The notes beneath the pieces were generated by a model. That model did not search any database, was not told the origin of the DNA, and worked only from the letters and a program-made list of their open reading frames with translations. From Diplonema japonicum (Eukaryota; Protista; Euglenozoa: Diplonemea), in assembly GCA_964019335.1 (NCBI GenBank), contig OZ025712.1:124001-188000 (forward strand): 64,000 nt of DNA, read 5' to 3'. This document shows, piece by piece, positions 11,850 through 21,900 of this stretch; within the stretch, counting starts at the first letter, position 1, and each line of letters starts with the position of its first letter. A program made the position numbers and the translations under genes.

Positions 11850-12741
11850 CTAAACAGAGCCGTACATGCTGCGGCTGGGCTTGCTGGCCCTCCAAGTGTC
11901 ACGGATCTCCTGAGCAGGAAAACCCATGGTCTCAAGCTTCTCCTGGATTTTTTTTTTCCCCTCTCCCAATAAACTATACCTCAACGGCCTCGGGGAGGTA
12001 CCCAGGCTTCCTCACCTTAACAGCAACAAGGACAGCAACCATGGCCAGGAGGGGGACCACAAGAACAGAGGCGGAGGCGGGCTTCACGACCTTGGTGGGG
12101 ACAGGGGCAGCTGCCTGTTTCACGGTCTTTGCCTCAGGGAGCTTAACGGCCTCAACAGGCTTCTCAACCTTCTCCTGGGCGATGGTGGCCTTCTCAACCT
12201 TCTCCTCGGTAGTGGCGGCCTTCTCAACCTGCTTGGCAACCTCCTTGACTTCGTCAGTGGACAGAAGGGTCGACTTGGCAACGGTTTCCTTCACCGCCTC
12301 GGCGAGAGCCTCCTTGCGGAGGTTCACGTGCACAGTCACGTGGACGTCCTTGGCCTGTGTTGCGTGGTCGGCCATCACAGGCTTGGCCTCGCTCTCAACC
12401 TTCTTTTCAGTCACAGACTCCTCCTTGGCGTTGGTCTGGGCGGCCTCCGAGGCAGAGTTCTTCTGCGTCACAGCGCCCTTTTTTTTTTTGTTTTGTTTTT
12501 TGTTTTGTTTTATCACACCTCGGCACCAGCCGGCACGCTCACGGTGTTCACCTGCTGCACTTCAATTTTCTTCGCGCTCTCCACCGCCACAGACCTGGCC
12601 TGCATCTGCCTGCTGCTCGTACTCGTGCTGATCGCCATCAACGCGAACAGCCCGAACTTTTTTTTTTTTGTTGGAAAAAAGATGTTCTTTTTTAAGACAT
12701 ACGCAGATCACGATAGCCTTGCTGAGTGTTGCGCCCTGCAT
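11850..12741 (-). CDS. Type I membrane protein (255 aa): signal peptide, E/K/A/V-rich ectodomain, TM helix, tail ending YGSV; exons 12741-12703, 12656-12519, 12477-11980, 11942-11850
   Basis: Three phase-0 GT-AG introns (46, 41, 37 nt) give a continuous frame; repeats EKVEKA; TM segment VLVVPLLAMVAVLVAV. Confidence 0.75.
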
Positions 12742-12909
12742 CTTTCTTTTTTGTTTCTTTTGTCTAAGAGGGGGGTTGTAAACAAGAGGGGGCCTTTTTT
12801 TTTTTTTTGATATGAATGCGTTTCATTGTCGGCAGATTACTTTCAATTCAAAGAAAAAAAAAAAAAGAAAAAAAAGCATATCCAAAACGCAAGCCTTGAA
12901 AAAGGCCCA

Positions 12910-15900
12910 CTACATCAAGATCAAGAAGCAGCATAAGAGGAGTACAAGGAAGGGAGACGACCGTGATACGGATTCGATAGGGAGGGGTGGGGGTCCAGGA
13001 CGGGGCGTGGCTGCAAAGGGGAGGGGTGTTGGCGGGGGCGTCCTAGGCGAGGGGGTGGCTGGGTTGGGCGGTGAGAAGGTAGAGACAAGTGCACCCGGAA
13101 AGGACGAGTTGGATAGCACAGCAGGAAGACTGCTTAGCAACGTAGATACAGCACCAGACGTGGCATTCCTAGGGAAGACAAAATACACTTCGAGGAGCGT
13201 GGTGCACCCGTCCCGACAGCTGACATCAACAACAACACCATTCCTCCTTTCAACACATGCCCCTTGGGTCTTTTTATGCAAAGGTGTGATGCCGTATGCG
13301 ACCTTGCTGACGGACACCCTGCAGGCCCACCTGACGTCCACCCCCTCCACACTGCTTCCTAACAAAGCCTGCAGATCCGCTTCCATCCCAGTGAAGTTGA
13401 CGGCCAGCAACGGTGTGTCCCCCACGTCGAGCATACAACCGGGGTCATCAAACACAGAGGGCACCGTTGCCAATGGTGAGGGGGTCTGTGGGAGGATCGT
13501 GTTCCCCACTTCAAAGACACTGCTATTTACCGTGATTGACGCCCCGCTCGAAACCACAGCAGCCACCGTCAGGTACGCCCGTTCACACAGCCCGTCAAAG
13601 GCGAGCCCTGACCAGACCCCACTGCCCTCTACCAGCGCTGTCATGTCCCACCCGCCAGTCCCGTCCACCAACCCATTCACGTATTTTCCTATGTAAAAAT
13701 TCCCGGTTTTGTTGCTGTCAAGACAGTGCGTCGACAGCACGGCATGTCCGCCCGACTCCCCTAAAAGAGCCTTCCCCCTAGAGTCTGCAGCGGCCACTGG
13801 TAGTGAAAACACCGTCCTCGGCAGCACCCTCAACGACGTCAAGATCCCCGACCCCGGGTCCGCGTGCTGCCTCTCCGCGGTCACGTTGCGGAACACACCT
13901 TCTTCAACCAGTACACACGTCTCCTTGTCGGTGCACGTTGCGCTTTGCAACAGTACTTGAGTGTATGACTGGAACCCCCAGTGAACTGTGGCAGGGGGAA
14001 GTCCGTCAGCGTGGAAAAAGAGTCCATGGAGGCCTTCGCGCGTGCCTGTGTACGTGAGGGTTTGCACGGTGGTTGTACCGTTTGTGATGGGGATCCATTC
14101 ATCCCCTGACCACAGGGTGTCGTGCATCCTGCACACGGGCTCCTCGAGTGGTAGGCACGCCCCGTTTGTGACACACGTCTCGGCAACGTACGGCGGCTGC
14201 CCTGCCCTGTCCACCGTGATGCAAGGAATCAGTGTAGGCCTCACCTGCAGCATGCCGTCCCATGCCTCCACCACAGCCCCAAAAGGATCTACCGCACCAA
14301 CCTTGACTTCCATAGAGTTCCCTACAACCCACCACCCTTGTGGGGATTCAATTTCCAGCCGGACTGGCACCCTGATCACATCTACTGACAGCTTTAAGGG
14401 AACGCCTATAATTCTGCCAGACGGGTCTGTGCCAGTGATCCGTATCATCGCAGACGGGAGGTGCTCTTCAGTCAAAACAAGCCACACGGAGGCAACGCCC
14501 GCAGCGACCGTAGCGTTCACAACCACAGCATCTGTAGAAGTGACAATGCGGGTAGAAAAATCACCCTTACAGATACCCCCGGGGGAAAATACCGCCACAG
14601 GAAGCTCAAATGGCACACCGACAACGGCCTCCAGAAGTGGCATGGGGAGGAGCGCAATGGTGGTCGCCTCTGAGACTACAAGGGTGAGGGTGCTGGGCGG
14701 TGTGGTCAGTGAAGGGAAGCCGGTGAGCGTCACGCTGCACTCGCCTGCTGTGGTGAACGATCCGTTGAACGCGACGGCAGTAGCTTCTTTGTTTAGGATG
14801 CTGGCTGAAGTCTGCATGAAGCACCCATCGGGCACCGACACGGCGTGCAGCAACGCAAGGCTTGTCCCGTTCCAATCAACAAATGACACCTCGGTCCACA
14901 TCTCCGACTTGAAGATGTCGTTGTTGACGGCCCTCACGATGAACTCCGTCTTGTATCCTAGCATGGCGCTCACGTTGCCTACGTACTGCCACGCGGTTAC
15001 GCCGATGGGCTGGATGAGGATGTTCGTCTTCATTGTCCAGTTGCCGTGTTTGAACAGCACGGTGCAGGACCCTGTCCCTGAGGGCATCAAGATGTTGAAG
15101 GCAGTGTGTCCAGTGTTGATCTGAACATTTGTGTCTGCCTGGAACTGGCACACTCCAGAGACGTCCCTGCACAGGCTGCAGTCCCACTCGGCAGTGATGT
15201 TGCCGGATGCCTCGCCTACCACGACCTCCTTTGGGACCACTGACTCGTTGTTCATGAGCACAGTGTACACATCGATAGTAGCAGCGTGGTTTGTACGGAT
15301 GGAAATGTCACCTGCAGGCGCCACAGCTAGCATAGTGGCGGGCTTGGGGTGCTTCAAAAGAACGGGTTTGCCTTCTGTGTCTACCGTAGGTAGACGTCCC
15401 CACCCTTCTCCGTGCAGCATCAGCTCGTAGCCCAGGGATGGCGTGCCAGACATGACGCCCTCTATCACACCGACGCGCCATGGCCCTGTCCCCTTCCCTA
15501 CTGCCACACCGTTGTACATTTTCTCTTTGATCGTCACTGTCGGGTTGCCTCTTGTGATGATCACATTCTCGCCTTTGACAGTTCCTAGTGTGGTGTTCGT
15601 GTTGAAAGGAAGCACCGTGAGGCTCACGCCGGGCATCACCTTCTGTTCGTACACACGCTGTTCCAGTAACCCCGTGGGACCACCCATGCCGTATGCTCTG
15701 TTGCCGTCACTGTCTGCAGCATATACCTCGCACGTGAAGGTGTCACCCGACAGCTGCACGTGTTGCACCACATACACAACGGGTTCGCTGTAGACAGACA
15801 CCTGCTGCTGCTTCCCCATCACGGTGGCCCTGCATTTTTGGCACGCTTTGTCATACGTCAACACAGCGGTGGAAGCACCATCCGACGACCGCTGAAGCTG

Positions 15901-18900
15901 CGCCATGACATGTCCCCCACCTCCGTTGGAGCCCTTGTACAGGTTTAGTGTAATAGTGGCATTGCTTGCGTCGTTCCAAACAGGGTTGCCGTTCCTGTCA
16001 GTGGGAACAACTGATATCGAGAAAGGCCGACGGCGTTGCACTGTAGCAGGGGGGTGGCCGAGAACAGCCCAGTCAAATGCGCAAGATCGCACGTTGAAGA
16101 CCAGCACATGCCCAGGGATGCCGTTCGAGAAGCTCCGCAGCGGAACGGTAAGCGAGTGTCTGCTGTTAATATCTACCTGCAGGATCACAGCACACCCACT
16201 GCATTGCTGAGTGAAATGGAACACCAGCGAGCCATCACCAGCGGTCGACGTCACTGCCAGCGTCTCCGAGGCGCTCTGCGGCTGACACTTCTCGGTCAGC
16301 CCCTCGCCCATTGCCCCTCCATGACCATGCTGCACTGTTTCCCACTCGAAACCCTTATCAGGGTGCTGCCATATTGAAAGCACACGTATTGTCACGTTAC
16401 TAGCGACATTTATTGGGAGCGGCCAGGTGTTGAAATCTTCCGCCAGCTGCCAGCGCAGTGTGATGGGCTCCCCAACGTGGATTACATTGCCTGAGCTAGA
16501 CAGCTCTTGATGCGTGACGAGGAAGGAGTTAGGCTCTGGCTTCCCTATGGTGATGCTTTTAGTGACATGCACTCTGTGGTGGTAATCTGGGCCACTGGCG
16601 TCGGGGGTGCCTTCTAAGCACTGCTTGGCGGAGGTCGCTGCTGAGTAGCAAAGTGTAAACTCGAGTGTGCAGTGTTGGCACGGAGATGTGAAAAGCGGCC
16701 ACAAAACGGCCACACCATTAGTGACCCTGCCTGTCGTGATGCGTGTGAAGGAGTCGGACATCGTGCCGAGAAACGGAGTGCTTGTCTCCCCACCAGGCCT
16801 TAGTGTGTACAGCTGCAACACACCACCGTCATTACAACCAGACCAAGAGTGCTTTTTGACTGTGATCAACATCCCACTAGAGCTCCAAGCCCTGCCCCCG
16901 TGATGGCCTATAAGGGTTGTTTGCACTGGGAAGGGTACTCCTGCCACACCATGACCGTAGCTCCATCCGTTACCAGGAACTGCCTCGAAGTTCGCGTAAT
17001 GCCCCGTGTCTCTGGCCATAAGCCGCACCCGAGGGCATTCTTCTTCGTCATCCACCGTATGCTGCACTACCCATTCATTGTACGGGGTGTCACTTGGGTA
17101 CCCCCAGCTGTGCGTGCTTGCCGTCCTTCCTACCCCCTGCACATCGGGCCTCCATACAAGAAACGGTGCCGCACTGCTCGCCGTCCATGCACCGGTGAAG
17201 GTGAAGACAACGACCCCACTGCCGGGTGAGAGCAACCTGTCGTGATAGGCAGTTGGGAGCTGAGTACTGCGGGTAAGCATTGACGTTATGTTTATCGCAT
17301 TGTCAGCAGAGGTGTCCACGTCAACAAGCGGGACCCGTGCTGAAGAGCCGTGTCTGAGGTAGTAGGTAGCGGGCTTGTCATAGACGATCTGCTTAGTGCC
17401 AAACCAGTAGAAATACATTGCAGCATGAAGTGAGATGACTGTTGCTGTACCGCAGGGGGAGCCCACGGCCGACCCGGGTCGGAGGGCTGCTTCAGAAAGG
17501 TTTTTTTCGTTCACAAAACCAACAAGAACATCGGGATGGGGGTCATAGGTGGTATCCACGACCACCCATAAACGGAGCATGATGCATGTGGTGCTTAGCT
17601 GCGCCCCATTGTGGAGACAGACCTCGACCTCCGCATCACGCATGGGGTTGATGCTGGGGTACCCCCTGCCACGTTGCACCGTTTCGAACTTCATGGTCAC
17701 CATCGTGGTGTTCACTTGCTCGTAGGTCACACTATTGTTGCCGTACCCTGCTTCGCTCCCATTGCTGCTGACCACTGTTTCATAGGTAGATGCAACGTAT
17801 ACTGTGGTTCCGATGTCTTGCACTGAGATAGGCTGCGAACCCACGATGCGCACTTCCGTGACTGATGTGTGTGTCATCCACATGAGGCAGCCCCCCGTTG
17901 TGTCGTTGCACAAGGGTGTACACTCAGGCAAGGTCACTCCCCATCCTGTAGTCTTGTTTTTCGTTGTGTGCGCCGCCATTTCTATGTTGATCGCTGTCGT
18001 GCACGGCATCCCGTTAACGTCCAGCAGCACTTCGTCACTCAGCTTATCAACAGTGCCGTTCAGCACATAAAGTCCATCTTGCGCCACGATTCCGTACCCA
18101 CCTGATGTGGTGGTGTTGCGAACGGCAACCACATGCGCAGGGTACGTGTTGATGAGGTCGAGTCTGCTGAGCCGAACGATCGTGATCGAGAATGGCTCGC
18201 TCTGTGAGTTCCCTGTGAACCACATAACTGGTGAGGGTGCGGCACATGTCACCTTTGACGTGTCGTCGGTGAAGTTGTACGTGAGCAGCTCGTTGCTTGT
18301 TGCACCCCACGAGGTATGGAAACTGAAGGAGCAGAGAACACATGGTGTCGTTGGCCTGATGATCACATCAGCGCCATACAACCCGGTGCCAAGAGGCTGC
18401 AGCTCCCACTCAGGCTGCGCCAGGGTGATGTTCTCTCCGTTTGTGCCCACGACAACCCGTCCGTAGTGGAATTCATCAGCGTAAAAATTGCTATCATGGA
18501 ATGCTCCGGGAAGGACGCGGACCACAGCACCTGAACGGAGTGTTGCCGACCACTCGGTGACGCCCCGCACGGGCAGAACTTGTAGTGTGGTGGCCACTAC
18601 CCGTACAGGTGTGCGGACACGTGCATAGCTGGCCTGCGGCGTTCCCTTTCTATGCAAGACCAGTGCAATGTCGCACCCTTGTTGCGGCTGAAATCGCGTG
18701 CAGCCCACGTTGTTCAAGACACGGAACTCGACAGAAAACACAGCAGGGGTTGATCCGTCCTTAGCAGTTGCTGTGCCAACCCTCAAGCTTTGCGCATATC
18801 TTACAAACGTCATCAGGTTCTCCTCCAACAATTTTCCGTCCTGTCCTTTCTGCACCTCGACAAACGCTGCTCCAGTAAGGACCACTTCGTACCCAACAAG

Positions 18901-21900
18901 ATTACTGCCCACCATTACGCTGCCTGCAGAGTCCACCACTTCATACGAAATCGCATAGGGGTACAAGGCTTGCAGATAGCTCCCTTGAGCAGCGGTGAGG
19001 GTCTCCGACGATCTACCAGCGAATTGTGTTGTGGGAAGCCATTGCGGGGGCTGGATGCCTTCCGAAAGGCCGAGATCCATCTTTTGCATCTCTAAAATTC
19101 TCACTTTCTTCGGAAGGTTCCGCGTCACAAGGACTGCGTACGTGGTGAAGACGCTTTGAGACTCACCAAAGCTGACGTTGAAATATACAGTAGCCTCGTC
19201 TGTGAAGAAGTCATTGAACGCAGGGACGAAGGTGTGGTTGTAATACCCGCCGGGTAGCCAAGTGGCATTGGAAACAATGCCGAATGAAGCATGGAGGGAG
19301 ACGGGGGATGCAGCCGTGATGGAAAGGTTTCCAATGGGGGCGAACTCTCTGGGTCCTTGATACCTAGCGAACAACCTTGTGAGACACGGCTTTGCGTCCC
19401 AGCACTCGAACAGTGGACACGACGGATTGCCAACACTGCACGCTGCACCAACCTGAGAAGGTACTGCTGTGACATCATTCACAAATACCGCATCTGGCGC
19501 ATTTGACGCGACGTTAAGCCATACAGGCGAAGAGGCCACCTCGGACAAACTCCCTCTGAGGTTGCCCGGCTGGTGACCAGGAGGAAGCCCCACAAACAGA
19601 AACCCACAGCCAGGGTTCGGCAACCGTTGGTTAACAGGGCAGCCGGACTTAAACTGTATTCTGAACTCCGCGACACCTGAAACAAGGAACTGTTGCAGTC
19701 CGTCGCTGCCCCAGTCATACAGACCCCCCTCCGTGTTCTTGCACCCACCGTCAACACCTTCAATGACAAACAGGTCACGGGGCGTAGGTTTGTGACAGTT
19801 CATCTCAGCCCACGATAACCCCGCCGGGCATTGTACCACCCAAACAGGGAACTCGCCATATGGTACCACCCTCCCTCCAGAGGTGGGTTTCACCACAAAA
19901 GAGACAACGCCGCCAGAAGTCACCACAGGTGTGCTGGATGCTATGTCGGTGACTTTCCCGTAGGTGCCCTCGGTCGTGTCGCTGAATACAGAGAATTGCA
20001 CGCTCTCGTTGTAATCCAGCTGCACCTGCACGTCCAGGCCGTCGATGACGCCGGTGGCACGGTAGAAGATGGTCCCCTTCCCCGTGGCCGTGTCTCCGTT
20101 GTTCTCCAACACATAAACCTTGTTCCCGGGGAGTGCCGATGGGGCTGAGGCACGTTTGTCACCAGCTTTGTAGAGGCAGATCTTGTACAGGTCCACGGGG
20201 GAAGGGTATGTAGGTGGGAGGATGAAGCTTGGTTGTATCGGACGTGCTGTGGCAGAGCTTGCTGCAAGAGCGTACCATCCAGGGGAGTTCCCGGTGCTGT
20301 TAGCAGGGACAGGGCAGTCAGAAGTTGAGTTTGCGATATGCACGAGATCCACACCTAATCCGCAATCGATGACCCCGCACCAGCTTGCGCCTTGAGGGCT
20401 GGAGTCGTACGTCACCAAACTGTTCAGGCCCCCTATGTATGCAAGACTTGTCTTGACCACCTTGAAGCTCCTGTCGACGCCTCCTTCTACTTCGAGCCAC
20501 GGGAGACCTGTATCTTGCTTGTAGCACAGTTTGTACATGTTCACGTCGTTGGGGAACTGCGTGCGTAAGTACACGAGCAGGCCGTCGCTCGTTGAGTTAT
20601 CGTGCACCAAAGCTGCGGTGTGACCATGGGTGTCGTCGGTACAGGGCCGAGCAGCAAGAACGAGCTTTGCTCTGTGGCGCTCTATACCGTGGGGTGGCTG
20701 GAATAGACTGATAAAGAAGCCTGTGTTGAGCGAGAGAGGTGTTGACGTCGAGAGGCCAGAGAACACCTGCGGAGGACCTGGCAGGGTGGTATTTTGAGGT
20801 GATTGGAAGTCCGCATCAATACTCCAAGATTTCACCCCTGAAGGGATAGAGAGGAAGTCCACTCGGCGGGGAGAGGCTTCAAGCCAGTGCCTCTGCACAT
20901 TCCCGTCTGCATGGGTGACGGTCCACACACAAATTTTGAACCTCCTTCGCGCGTCTAGGTACCCTTGTGGGATTCTGAAAGTCATTGTTGCCTCAGACAC
21001 CTTACCGTCAGACGGACCAAGATCGCTTTTGAGGCCGCCCACACCGCTGCTCTCCCCGTGCGCACGCATCCCCACTGTGTCACGCCCCCCATGGCAGCTG
21101 TCTTCATCTACTACGACCTTTGCTGCGTCCTCCCCGACCCCAACTGAGAACACTTCGAGGTCTGTGTCTTTCGTCATCCCGACTGTCACCACAGCCTGAC
21201 TCAGCAAAACGTCCCCCACGTCCCACCACACGCCGTTTTTCTCTGACGTATAAGGCCCGAAGCGGTGCCAGGAGTGAACCTCGTCAAGCTGAAAGCAAAG
21301 AAAAAACTCGCCAGAAGCAGCCGGCACCTCGAGGTAGAATGAAAGATGGTTGATAGTTGTGCCTGCACGTGAGTCAGTTGTATACGCTCCGAAGGGGACC
21401 GACGGTGTGTCGGCAGGCGGCGAATGGCATGCTGTGTCACTAGGTACGAACTTGGCCTGAAAAGTTGGGAAGAACGATCGCGTGGAAGAGTCGGTAATGT
21501 CTCGCTCTGTCACCATCTGTGCCTGATTGGACAACTGGCCTTGTGCACCTGTCCATGTCCCACCAGCTTCTAGCTCCACAATCACATCACCGGTGGGAAG
21601 GAACCCCGTAACACCACCAAAGCCCGCGTCTGTCTTGACACGAGTCCCTATTGCGAGGAACGGTGAGGACCCAGGGTACCATGGCTGGTTGGTGTACCGC
21701 GACATCCGTGCGTCAGACCTGACCTCAAACCTCATGAGGGTGCCGCCGATAAGCACCTTGTCACCTACGGGGGAGACGGTCACGTCACTGGGAGGTGCAA
21801 TCCATGTGTCATTGAATGTGGCCCAGTTCGAATACACAGCCTGCTTGTAGCACATCTTGTACAAACCAGGGCTAGGGAGAACAAGGTCAGCAACAACTTG

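Noticed and set aside
11850-11942. UBA domain in the membrane-protein tail (KLETMGF)
   Set aside because: The MGF motif is present, but the frame stops before a third helix could form
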